A stretch of DNA of 64,000 nt from Sphagnum compactum. Lineage: Eukaryota. Shown one piece after another: positions 10,473 to 22,768 of this stretch. The position numbers and the translations under genes were made by a program. The DNA lies in the NCBI GenBank assembly GCA_965153455.1, contig OZ234493.1, positions 12,700,213 through 12,764,212 of the forward strand, in the 5' to 3' direction. A model generated the notes under the pieces. The model did not search any database. It saw only the letters and a list, made by a program, of their open reading frames with translations, and had not been told where the DNA came from. Each line of letters opens with the position of its first letter. The stretch's first letter is position 1.

Positions 10473-12389
10473 ATGAGGATGGTGAGTGGACTGAGCTCTG
10501 GCAACAACTTGTCGAGCAGCAGGGACTCTGCAAGTAGCACATCAAGCAGCAGGAATAGTGGATCCAAGGTTCAGGAGAAGAAGTTTGACTTGTACACAAA
10601 ACAGGATCGTGCATACCAAGGGATGACAACCACCTTAGACATTGTGCCCAAAAAAAGGCTTTGCGTGAAGCCGCAAAAGGATGTGACATTTCAGATTCCT
10701 CATGACTCTGATGGGTTGAAAGCACTCACAAATGCAAGTGATGGATTGAGGCTGCAACAAGAAGAATGTGAGGTGTCTCCAGTTCTTACCAGCTCTGGAG
10801 GCAGAGGGATGATCCATGTACGCAGTGACTGGGAACAATCAAGAGGTACTCTAGCAACTATTCACATGTCCAACAAACTATTGTCAAGCTTGAAGAAGAA
10901 GAAGCAGACTCAGGGAGTCTTACATAAGGTTGGAAGAACAGCATCATCTGAGGAAGTTGCAGGAGTTGAGAACATGAGGAGAACATTCCAGATGCTTGAC
11001 ACAACAGAGGTCAGTCATCCTGATGACAAACAACACTGGCTAACCCTTTGTGACAATGAAGACGACCCTGTATACCGAAGCTCCATCGCCCTCAGACCTT
11101 TGACCACTCTGCCCTACTTGGTGCAGATAGGGACAGTAAAGTGCTCTGAATGCCAGAATGTTCAGGTTTCTCATTCTTACTCCTCTTGAACATTGTTGGG
11201 TGTAAATTGACGTCTCTCTTTTTCTGGGACAAAAAGAATTGTCCTGTGAATTCAAAGTGTGCTTCATAAATCCAAGAAGACATGGCAAGTTTTGTTTTAT
11301 GGCTTGTCACCTTCATTATGGACATTGATATCAGTCAAGGTTTTTTGCATGTCAAACAAGAAGTCATCTACATACAAGCATTCTTTAGGCCTGTGAACGC
11401 AACTATTTTTGTCAAATATCAACACTATGTGAATGCACAGAATCGGATAAAGATGCTGGAGCTGAAAGATTCTGATTCCTCAAAACTGCAAGGGCAGATA
11501 CATGCTCTGGAAAATCAAATGGTAAAGATGGAGCAGCAGAATGACAGGTTCCAAGAGAGGAATGAGGCATTGGAGAGCAGGCTGGTGGCTTTTGAAGTGG
11601 AGCAAATGAAGCAAAGGAGGATAATCAAGGTTTTGGAAAACAGGATTGCTCAAGTTGGATGTCCACCTACAGGGGCTTCTTTTCTGCCTGTTCTGTCATT
11701 GGGCCGGAAGTCAGTACACGTGAACCGAGTAACTGCACAGAACATGGCATAATGCGTTTCTTGTCACTTGAGCTTGAAGGCTATCACCAACAAAATACTA
11801 CTCTCTGAACAGCGATGAAACAGTAAAAGGTACCCCCCTCCTCTCTCTGTCTTCTTTACCGAGTATTCACTTTCATATTTCCACCTAATACAGTTTTTGG
11901 CAAACATGAAGAGATACTTGGTCATGTTGGTGTCGTTCTTCTTCATATTCTTCAGCTGTTTTCTAGTCAACTTATGATCAGTCAAATGAGGCAGTGGATT
12001 GTGATTTGGAAAGTAAAGTGTTTGTTAAAATTCTCAGACTCCAAAGACAGCAGGACATTTCTAGATTGGAAGGTTGTCCATCCAGTATATATTTTTTCAT
12101 TTGTACGGGGAAACACATGAAAACTTTGGAAGAGTAGAAGTTGGCTTTATGACAGGTAGAAAAGCCTCCACAATACCGAGAGTTTTTAATTTTGAGTTTC
12201 AGGAGGTTTTTGCAGCCTCTTTTACAAAACTTGTTGTTAGTTTGCAACAAGGTTTAGGTTTAGGGTTTTAGATTGGTTTCAAAATTGAAACTGGACTTGT
12301 GAAATTCTGCTTTCTAGATAAGATGCTGGCCATCCATTGGTGATGTTGGCTTAGCAGCAAAACCAGCTTTATTATCAACATCAGCTTGA
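10473..12389 (+). CDS. Putative uncharacterised protein with CxxC and coiled-coil C-terminal region
   Basis: Model: 10473-11165, 11441-11653 and 12318-12389 join in frame (~325 aa). Ser-rich N-terminus, CSEC, then a heptad-like KLQGQIHALENQMVKMEQQNDRFQERNEALESRL stretch. The last donor is weak and the 5' end is uncertain. Confidence 0.5.
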
Positions 12390-13198
12390 GAATGATCCTT
12401 TCATGAAGAGCCTGAGTTTGTGGATGCTTCCAAAGCATTGGAAGAATCTTGTCTGCTGTTTTTGAGCTGATGGGGTTTTGAGTTGATTTTCACAACTTCT
12501 CATATTTTGACAAGGGCAACCATGCTGGAAATGATGCCTCAAATCGTGAAAAGATTTGTAATTTTGTCAATTTACATATCATATTACCTATACGTGTTTC
12601 ATAACATATGGTTTTGGTGACCTTTGGAGACTTGGATGCTACTATGTATGTGTGATAATGGTCACATTTTGTTGTGTTGCTTGTTACATGTAAAGACATG
12701 TTGGGGTTTAAGCTTGTATCAAACAATAGCTGGATGGGTGATGTGATAAGGATAGGACATTTGACAACAACAGAGGAGGTGGAGACACAATGTAGGGGGT
12801 GGTCAAAGTGTTTGGCATGTTCAACACACACAGATTCTTGAGCACACTTATAAGGTAATGCTCGCTGACAGGTTGGTTATACCTTCAAGCACTCCCTCCT
12901 CACATAGCTTAAAGCTAAATTTGTTTATGTTTTAGAACACAATCAAACAACCTTGCACAATTATGTTTAGGGTAGTGTGAGATGATGGCAAAGCCCTTGC
13001 AGGAATTTCCTAGTGTATTTGGAGGCCACTTTATATCCGTGAATAATCTCTCCTAGAAAAGAGGAGGGATCTTTACTAGTTATAGGCATAGCATCCCTCT
13101 CAGTCTTTAAGGAGTAGGAAGCACTCTGCCTTTCACAACTCAACTCATGCGATTATAAAGCCAGACAAACACACATCTTTTGTGGACTCCACATTGAA

Positions 13199-13568
13199 CT
13201 AGTTGTGTGTGTTTGCCCCATACATGCTCGGTAAAACCTAAAATCATACATGCATGTCTACTATCTTTGGGCAATAATAAAAATTTTATAACATGAAAGG
13301 CAACAACAATACAAGCAAATTAATCAATTAAAAACTAATTTCATTATGACTTCTTTTACTAGAATTTCATCAAAGCCTTATTGACGTTTTAAAAATAATA
13401 TCAAAATTAATTAACAACATTTATATCTAAAAAACGAATTTTATATTAAGATTTTAATTTATTTTGAAATTGACTTGTTTTATCTTAATCATTTTTTTTT
13501 GCATAATCTTTCAAAATCATTTTTTAAGAATCTCATTTTAATAAGATTTAAAGGAATTGAAGCTAATT
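13199..13568 (-). repeat. Left arm of long inverted repeat; Helitron-like 3' end
   Basis: Reverse complement of ~19961-20317. On the minus strand it ends ...CCGAGCATGTATGGGGCAAACACACACAACTAG|T. Confidence 0.8.
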
Positions 13569-14819
13569 ATTTGTATGTTTATTAAACAAAATTTATTTTA
13601 AAAATTAGTCATATGAATTGTTTTTTTTACATTTCATAGTGATATGAAACCTCATGATACAAAAAAGGCAAGTGACAACCCAAAAAATTTCCAATGATGA
13701 TGTTTCATTGGAACTTGTTTATGTAGGATGGGATTTTGGTGATTGTCACTGTGATAATTCCAAAATCATTTCAAATTATAATTCATCATAAATCAAATTC
13801 TGTTTTACAATTTTTGTTTGTTTGTCTTGTAGCCTTTCGATGTTTTTGTCTATTTGTATCTTGTTGTTTGTCTTACACTTTTTCAATGTTTTATTTTTAC
13901 AACAAAATTATTATGTCCATACAAAATAATTTAATCATCGTCATTAGCAATGCAAAGCAATGCAAAGCCCAAATAAAATGATATAGAGGCAGATTAAATC
14001 AATTACCCAACATTCATATTTTGAGAAGAAACCCAACAAGTAAATGGGTAGAATTCAAAACAACCCATCAATTGGATGGGTGCACCCAAATATCTACACA
14101 TGCATGTCCATTAGCTTGAGGCAATAAAAATAAATGTAAAAGGTATGGGGCATATATGTGTTGTGATACTTTGTTTAAGAACGAATTCATACACAATTTT
14201 TAATAGATTAATTGTATCAATATATAACAATTGAATTAAAGGGCTTAATTAAATATCTATTATGCCATAATATTGTGTGATCAACTTTCACATTGGATAA
14301 ATAAAGACAATGTTTTTATCCACATGTAAAATCATGTTTTTTCCATTGCTCATGATTTCCATTCAAATTTGTAACGTTTTTTTGCATTCAAAATGTGCAT
14401 TAGTGTTGTATCTTCTTTGATTGATGAGAGTTCAAATTATTTTTAATGAAAATCTTATTATTATTATCATAATTACTATGGTTTTATGGATCATTTTGTG
14501 ACACTTTTCAAAATCTCATGATATGGTGAAGAGTTCAAAATAATTATAATTTCAAAAAATATATAAGCCAAAGATGAACAACCCTTTTGCATGCATTCAC
14601 TTGGTTTTTTTTAATCACTTTATTTGTGCTCGTTGTGTTTTTGTCACTCATATAATTTAATCTACTTTGTGAATTTATTTTTTGGATTATGATGACATGA
14701 TGGTGAATTGAACCCATAGCCATTTACAAAATGGCCTTGAATCCCCACCTATTATGCCATTGACTTATGTGCCAAATGCCATCTGAAGGTGGGTTTACAC
14801 TAAAGGTCAAATGAAAAAC

Positions 14820-15157
14820 AATTACCGTAATACCTTTACCATTTCAACATAAATTAAATTATTTTTCGTTTTGCCAAACTTTTGAAATATTATTTATTAT
14901 TTGTGCTAAAATTTTAATAAAATAAAAAGTTCGACTATCAAGTCTTGAGCCATAGACCTTCCACACCAACTTAAAACTGAGGCAATTTAGACACACTAGA
15001 CTGTTCCATAACATTGACAAAACTTTGTTTATTATTTTCTATAATCATTACTTGTCAAAATTTTCAAATTAAAAAACCAAGCGCCAAAGTTAAGATTTCA
15101 AATTTAATTAATTATTCAATAGTTGGTTGCTAAAATGGTAAAGGTATTACGGTAGTG
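14820..15157. mobile_element. Miniature CACTA-type/MITE element (~340 bp)
   Basis: Inverted repeat TACCGTAATACCTTTACCATTT at 14823-14844 and 15133-15154. The right end reads CACTACCG on the minus strand. The left terminus is mutated and no clean TSD is seen. Confidence 0.65.
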
Positions 15158-15439
15158 GCCTTGATCTTTCGTCTTGGTTCATTTTTCACCAAAATGTAAA
15201 TCTTTGAAGATTTTGATTGACCTTATAATTGTTTACATTGTAATGTGAACCATATACAAAATTGGCAATTGCAAATAATAATCAAATGACCAAGTATCAT
15301 TGAGTAGGAATCAATTTCTAAAAAACCTTGTTATATGTTCACAATATTTGCATGTGCCAAAAATGCCAAACAAATATGTTGAAATAGCCCCTGAAGACAC
15401 ATTTTCATTTTCGTTATTTGACTTGAGTTTTGTGTTGTT

Positions 15440-15570
15440 GTGCACCATAGTGACAATCAATTTAATCAATTGATAAAAACCATGATATTGATTTTGTGGA
15501 AATCAAGTTTCATTCAAATGAACATATTGAATGACATTGCAATATGCATCTTAAATTGAATTGAATTCTA
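15440..15570. repeat. Dispersed AT-rich repeat (inverted copy at ~31100-31290)
   Basis: TTGATTTTGTGGAAATCAAGTTTCATT...ATATTGAATGACATT matches the reverse complement of ~31190-31247. Confidence 0.6.
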
Positions 15571-15819
15571 ATTTTGTGAATATGATGCTGGAAAAAAAAA
15601 CTTTAAAAATATGCAAATCCATGCCAATGTTTTCTTTTTTGGCGAATTTTCAGATTGTGGTGACAAAAGAAACTTGAAAAAGTTTGAAGTTTTTTTTTTA
15701 AAAGTGCAAATTCAACTAGATTTGCTACTTTTTGACATGTTTCCATTTGAACCTACGTCACAATATTGAAAATAACCTTAATTCATGCCTTTTTACTTGG
15801 GATTGGGCTAAATATATTT

Positions 15820-15917
15820 CACTAGAAGAAAAATTGTCATTTGCAATTAGTTTTTGCAACTAAAAACTGTCATTTGCAAATGAAAAGTAATTACAAATGA
15901 AAAAATTTCTTTTAATG
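15820..15917. mobile_element. Miniature CACTA-type element (98 bp)
   Basis: Starts CACTAGAAGAAAAATTGTCATT; the right end reads CATTAAAAGAAATTTTTTCATT on the minus strand. Flanked by TTT on both sides, a possible 3-bp TSD. Internal TGCAA repeats. Confidence 0.6.
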
Positions 15918-17865
15918 TTTTGGGCTAAAATTGGTACAACAAAATGCTATGAATCTTATAGTTGTCCTACCTAAACCACTTACAATGAATCATCATCACT
16001 AAAATTATGAAAACATATTTCATTTATGTTATTTGATTATGTTCATATTTTAAAGGTACTGAAAGAACATTATTCAACAAGTGTTTTCATAAGTAAATAA
16101 AGACTTTCTCAACACATTAAAATGATTCCAAATTCATAAAATTTCAATTTGATGAAATAAACAAACATAATCCCATAAGATGAATAAATAAATCATTAAA
16201 TACAATTGATGGTGGTTTTTAAAAGTACTGCAACTACAATTTTCACCACCTTCAACAATTATTTTGGCTATTTCTATTATGATTTCAACCAAACTTGGTA
16301 AAGTGGGGAACATTGTGAACAATCTTTACCGTTAACAACTTAAATGGACTAGAAGTCACTTAAAGATGAAAACATTACTTATTGATGGGAAAATGAAGGG
16401 AAAAAAATCTATATGACTCACTTTAAAAGATTTGTTGTCACGGGTAACAAAATTAAACTTATGTTTCCATAGTGTAGGGCAATAGTGATAATATGGACAA
16501 TAGTAATTCCAAGGTAATGAGTAATCAACCTTAAATTCAATATGTTTTTAAATGTGGATTTGTACTTAAAATACCAATGTCATTGGTTACATTGAGTGTA
16601 TGTGTGGAGAGTGTGGCTAGGGTAAGTGAAAGTGGATCACCACCAAAAGTGACAAAAAGAAACTTTCTTTAACCAATTCATAAACAAAATTGAAAGTTTG
16701 TTAGAAAATATATCACACATTTGAATTTTCATTATTCTCATCAAATGAATCAACATCAATAACAATCAAAATCCTATAGTAGATTTATTATCAAGTTAGA
16801 CCAATGAAATGAACATAATTTTCGAAGCAAAAGGAAGTCATTTTACAAGTAACATTTACCATACATTTCATTTGACAACTAACACCAAGTGGGATGTCAA
16901 GGGGAGCTTTCATTCAACATTGAATGGTTAAGGCATAGGACATAATGGGAGGACATTGGCCATCAATTTCTATTGAATTCCATGAGTGCATTATGTTGAA
17001 GGGTTTAGGTTAATAATGTGGTGGAAAAAATTGAAAGTGTGGATACTTGTACAAATGAGTTTATTTTATTTGTCCCTAATATTCTATGTTAAATAATTGG
17101 CAAAAGATTTACCAAGAATTGAACTCAAGATCAATTGTTTTCAAATCAAGATACCATTGAACTAGGTTATCATAGATTTAAAAAAATAAATTGAACCATG
17201 TACCTTTATGTTCAATTGTCAAAACTATGAAATATCCAATTTCTGTTGTTGGGTCCATTTATTTGAAGTATATTTTTGACAAAATTGACCAATCATTAGT
17301 GTTAGGTTTGATAATTGAAAATCAAATGTGAAAATATTTTCATAGTAGACATTAATTGGATGATTTTTTATCTCAAAGAAGCTAAACTATGGACCATTTA
17401 GGTAATGCATGGATTAAATATAACATATATAAACTCTGGGACCAAACAAAAAATCCATAGAAAATCTTGAAATATTTTCTAATATATTTGAAAAAACATG
17501 ATTGAACACATGATTGAAAACATCAAATAATCATAAATATGTTTGTCCACTAAGATTTTAAAATCATAATTATTTTATTTAAATATTCATCAAATCAATG
17601 AAAGTGTTTCCCATCCTCTTCATATAAGCTACAACAATTAAAGGAATGTATATATGTCAATTAATTAATTAGTTGATGAAGAGTAACACAATGTTCTACA
17701 CAACACCACCCATATGAGAAGTGCAAATTTTTACCAAGAACTAAAAATTGAAAATGGCATTATGTTCAATGTAGAATATGAGTTAATTTGTAACAAAAGG
17801 TATGGCTACATTACATTGGCTTTGTGAAAATTTTGTGATTGAATTCAAAAGAATGGCATGAAAAA

Positions 17866-18686
17866 TGTCGCAACCCTACTTTGAGAGAGTGTGAGGATGA
17901 GACTCACACTCCCGAAATGGGGACTTGGGAGTCTTCCGGGACTACCGAAATTTTAGAGTTCGATTACAGGGGTCAAAACACCTTGCATTGAAGAGTTATT
18001 TATATTATTGGAAAGATATTGAAGTGTAGATGTCGAAAATGGTTTACATGAGCCATTTGAACATCTACAACACAAGTTATGGCCAAAAGAAGGGCCGGGA
18101 GTCAAACTGGCAGTTTGACTCCTGACCACTAAAAGTCAGGAATCGACCCGACCTCGGTGCGTGCAGGTAAAGTGCGACACACCGTTGGAAAGCTCTGGAC
18201 AAGAGCTACAATTTTGATTTAGACCTCGTCCCAATCGGAGGTCTGAGCAAAAAGTTATAGCCTTGCAAAGTTGCGGGAGTCCAAACCGGGACAATTTCGG
18301 GATTCCTCCTTGGGAGTCCCGGGACAAAAAGCTATTCGGATGTAGGCTCCGTGGGGAGACAGAGAGAATATTATATGGGGGAAGGTGATGGCTTCCCCCG
18401 AATCCGGGCCGTGATGAGTCTTATGAGTCCAGAGTCGCCTGTGGCTTGTCCTAGCATTAAAGGTGCTCCAGAAAATGAACTAACCAACTTGTTGATTGGT
18501 TTGATGCAGATTCGAGTGAGTAATTAAAAGTTTGTCACTCTTCCTAATCCCATCCCAGAGCTTCAGCACGCCCCTCTACCCCTTTTAATGCTGGGAGCTG
18601 GGAGCGTGCCCCGAGTTCCTCACAATGCTGTTGTTTGAGTAACTTAAACCCATCTTGGGTCTAACTAGGAGCTTGGGAGAGCGTAA
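17866..18686. mobile_element. Solo LTR of an LTR retrotransposon
   Basis: GC-rich 821-bp island in AT-rich DNA. Starts TGTCGCAACC and ends GAGAGCGTAA (a mutated ..GCGTCA terminal inverted end). Flanked by AAAAA on both sides, a possible 5-bp TSD. No gag/pol. Confidence 0.8.
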
Positions 18687-19960
18687 AAAAAATTAGGTAA
18701 GAAAGCATGAAACAAATGTGATGAATAAATCATGACAAAAAAAATTTAATGTATTTAGACGAATTATATTATGTAATGTAAATATAAAAAACCTAAGGAT
18801 TTTATTTGCAAGATAACAATTATGAATTTGACATGTGAATGGACTTTTTCTTAATTGCGAAATTTGTTAATATCCTTTTAATAAATTGTAGATTTTGATC
18901 ATATTTCAAGTTATCATCATTTTACTTTTTACATTTCTTGCTTTAGCAACATCTTTCTTCTTCTTTTTTAAAATTTATTTTTGGGTTTTTTTTTTCATTT
19001 AAACATATTTAAACATGGATTGATTTTGTTGTGGTTGAATTTTTTTTGATTTATGTATTTATTGCAAATGACATCAAAAAATTTCAAAGCATAACATAAA
19101 TTTTATTTCATAATGGCACGTAAGGATGTGCATTCATATATTGCACAAATCTTCTTGACAAGCCATGGCTTATCAAGTTTCTAATGTAAATAAAGGTTGG
19201 TTTAAGCAAAAGATCCATGGCATTTTGACAAAGAGTTTGAAATGTTACAAAAGGTTAAGAAGATGTCCAATTTTTTGTTCACTTGCAATTTTTAATAAGT
19301 CACATTTTGAAAAATGTTTGTGTAGAAAAAGGATTGCATGATCCTTGTAAACTATGTTGTGGGATTATTCTCATGGGCATGTCACATTTGAAAAACATTC
19401 AACATGGGAGGTTTGAATTACTAATTATTTTCCACAATACGTGCAACAACATGTTCAAGTGGGATTCGTATAATGAAAGTAGGTCAAAAATATAGGAAAT
19501 ATCCTACTATTACCCCTTATAGTATGGGATGTTTTCAAACCCTAAACTTCATTTGAAACCATTTATATGAAAAATATGGTTTAATGTGGAATGTTTTTCA
19601 TTCCATTTTTATTCTGAACACATTAAAACAAGAGAAAGGTGTTTACAACTATTTACAAGAAATGAATAGTAACGTATTCATGCATACAACACATCCAAAA
19701 TTCCAAATTTTCTTTCCAATGTTGAAGAGGACGACATGATTTTTAAGTCCAAAATGTCATCAAACCTATTTAAGGCATTAACTAGAGCAATTTTTTCACA
19801 ATAGTTTTTAAGGAGGGGGGAGAGGGGTTTTAATTGCCAATTCTTGTTTTTGCTCTGTTTGTGAGGGCCCTTCTTTGTTTATTTTTATTAAAGGTCATGT
19901 TTTTCTTAAAGCTTTTACAAAATAAAGGTAAAAAAACACTAAAACATAACTATTGTGAAG

Positions 19961-20317
19961 AAATTGTTTCAATTCCTTTAAATCATATTAAAATGAGAAT
20001 TAAAAAAATTGATTTGAAAGATTATGCAAGAATTGATTAAAATAAAACACATCAATTTGAAAATAAATTAAAATTTTAATAAATTTTTTTGGAGATATAT
20101 ATAAATGTTTTTAATTAGTTTGATGTTATTTTAAAATCTTAAGGCTTTGATGAAGATTTAATAATAAAAATTATAATGAAGTTAATTTATAATTGATTAA
20201 TTTGTTTTATATTGTTGTTGTTTTTTATGTTATAAAAATTTATTATTGCCCTAAGATAGTAGACATGCATGAATGATTTTAGGTTTCACCAAGCACGTAT
20301 GGGGCAAACACAACTAA
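19961..20317 (+). repeat. Right arm of long inverted repeat; Helitron-like 3' end
   Basis: Ends ...CACCAAGCACGTATGGGGCAAACACAACTAA|T (fits CTRR); reverse-complement match to 13199-13568. Confidence 0.8.
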
Positions 20318-20926
20318 TTAAGCATTTACATCGCTAAGCCATGTGAATAATTTTCATTTTAAGATTATATCAAATGAGAGTTTTTGTTTTGGATGGTGGA
20401 CCAATCAAAAAAATTAACCACCAAAAAAAAATGTGAAGGTCGTGAACCTAACTAATTAATAGCAAGCACAATATTATATTACCTTGGCTAGTTAAGCATT
20501 AATTAATTTTTTAAAAATGTTAATTAATTTTTTTGAAATAATGTGCTTGCCATGTCAAAAATATGAATGAAGTTTTCCAACACTATAGCTTCATTATTAA
20601 GTATAATTTCGGATTGTAAATTATTATTATTATTTTTTCTATTGAACATAATCGACAAAATGAATTAATGCTAAGGCACCTTGTTGTTGAAGTAGCTTAA
20701 ATTCTCTAGTAACATATTAACACCATAGAAAAATTAATGGTTGTGCTTCTTGCAATGGGTTTTGAGTTTGGAATTTGAACTAAATGAAACAACTTGTTTG
20801 GATAGAAACGACTTTGATCAAAGCTTTTTCTTATTGTGCAAATGCTACAAAACATAATAATAGTAATAATAATAATAATAGCTTTCTTTTGCTTTCTAAG
20901 AACTCACAAAATAAAATAAAATTCAC

Positions 20927-21490
20927 ATGAAACTAATAGAAGCTTGTTTGATGAAACTAATAGAAGCTTGTTTGTTGGCTAATTTGCTTGTAAAAGGGCG
21001 AGATCTATGAAATGTTGTAGTTTCTTCATTTGGTCCCACATTTTGAGGAATGTTTATTTTGAAGTGTGTGAGACTAACTTCATTTTTCAAGAATTTCATG
21101 GAACCAAACAAATGTAAGTTGGTTTTTTTTCATTTTGCACCAAGTCTTGTTGTTGATGTAAGTGAGAAAACTTCAAATTTCAAGAAAACTTCATGGAACC
21201 AAACAATGTAGGTTTCATTTAGTCCCACATTTTTCAAGAATGTTGGCTACGTGTTGTTGTTAGTTGTGATTGTGTGAAGTGAGAGAACTTTGCACAATTT
21301 TTTGAAAAACTTCATTGAAACCAAAACAATGTAGGTAGGTTCCATTCAATCTCACAAATTCAAAAGAATGTGGTTCATGAGATGGTTGTTAATGTGAAAT
21401 GTGACATCTTCTTCAAGTTTTGAGAAAACTTCATGAAACTAAACAATGCAAGTTTTGAGTTGGTGCCACATTTTGAGGAATGTTCACTAA
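20927..21490. repeat. Degenerate tandem repeat array (~100-120-bp unit, 4-5 copies)
   Basis: TTCATG(G/A)AACCAAACAATG..TCCCACATTTT..GAATGTT recurs at ~21025, 21095, 21190, 21310 and 21430. An ATGAAACTAATAGAAGCTTGTTTG doublet starts at ~20927. Confidence 0.7.
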
Positions 21491-21856
21491 GTGTTAATAT
21501 AGTTTGTTGAGAAAGACATGTTACACTTTGGGTGCATTCCTTAGTTTCATGAAGAGGATCTAACACAATCTTCAAGTTTAGGACAAAGAGAATCATGTTT
21601 AAAGCTCCGAGATACGATTAGGACAAACTCTTCAAATGGAATGAAGCTCAAGAAAATCATATTAGAACTCGGTGAGAAGATTAGGATGAACTCCTCAATT
21701 TGAGCTTGCAAACATTTCAAAATGCACAAGTTAAACAAAATAAAAAAAGAGTGATTAGTGCATTGCGGGTAAGAGAGCTTCAATTTTTGACAACTTCATT
21801 GAACAGTTTCCTATTATAAAGCATTTGGATTGCTGGCTGGAATGCTATGAATGTGG

Positions 21857-21909
21857 AGAAGAAGAAGAAGAAGAAGAAGAAGCAGCAGCAGCAGCAGAAG
21901 AAGAAGAAG
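21857..21909. repeat. (GAA)n(GCA)n compound microsatellite
   Basis: Directly visible, in the probable 5' leader or promoter of the WD40 gene. Confidence 0.9.
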
Positions 21910-22768
21910 CAGAATTCTTAGATGTTTTGTTTCAAAGTTGTTCAAGGAGAATGAATCTATCTGCACAGCGGCAAGTGAAGAACAGGAAGGCAGGAGCTTT
22001 GCCGTCGAGTGTATTGCGTTGCATGACAAGAAGCTCAATCTGGTAACCAAAACACATTCTGCAGTCGCACTTGTTTTCTTGCAGAATAGGTATGTGTCTG
22101 TCTGCTCATCTTTACAGATCCCTATGTCGTCGCATCAAGGATCTTTGAGGAAGGAGAAGAAGAAGAAGAGGAAGAAGAACTGGGCTTGTTGTGAACAATT
22201 CGGTAGAGATTTCTCTGTTTTTCTTTGGCCTGACTCATCATCATCAATCGTTGTCTTCTTGATTCAATCTCCGTCTGCATCCAATTCGGCTTCCCGCTCC
22301 TGTATTGAATCTCTGCTTGGAAAGTATTTGCTATCATAAAACGTTTCTAATAAGCTTGCAGGCGAGGTTTCTTCTGTGCGATCCCTAAAGGTTTGTTTGT
22401 TGCGGCAAACTTTTGTTTAAGATCTTCTGTTAGCCATCTGTTGTGTCTAGGTCTTTGTAGGTTCTACAGGGTTTGCATCTGTCCGAGCACCGGACTTCAA
22501 AGAAGAGTATCGTCGGGGCCAGCAGCACACAGAAGAAAGATTGTGTGTAGATTGTGTGTTTCTAGTCTTGCGGTTTGAGGGAAACCCTCGGAGCATCGCG
22601 CAAATCCTTGGCGTCGTGAAATTTATTGTCTATTTGTTTTCTGCGGTGATGTAGATTGGAAATCCGCTTCTGAGGTTTCTCTTCTTTACAGAGAGTCGTT
22701 GAAGGTTTGCCCGCACCAAACAAGGTTCCAACTCGGGAGTTGCAGAGCATGCGGGTGAGGCCTGCACA

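Noticed and set aside
20927..21490. CRISPR-like array
   Set aside because: The units are degenerate along their whole length with no unique spacers, the context is eukaryotic, and no cas genes are present.
21814..22339. ORFs with poly-R, poly-E or poly-L tracts
   Set aside because: These are translations of GAA/GCA microsatellites upstream of the WD40 ATG.
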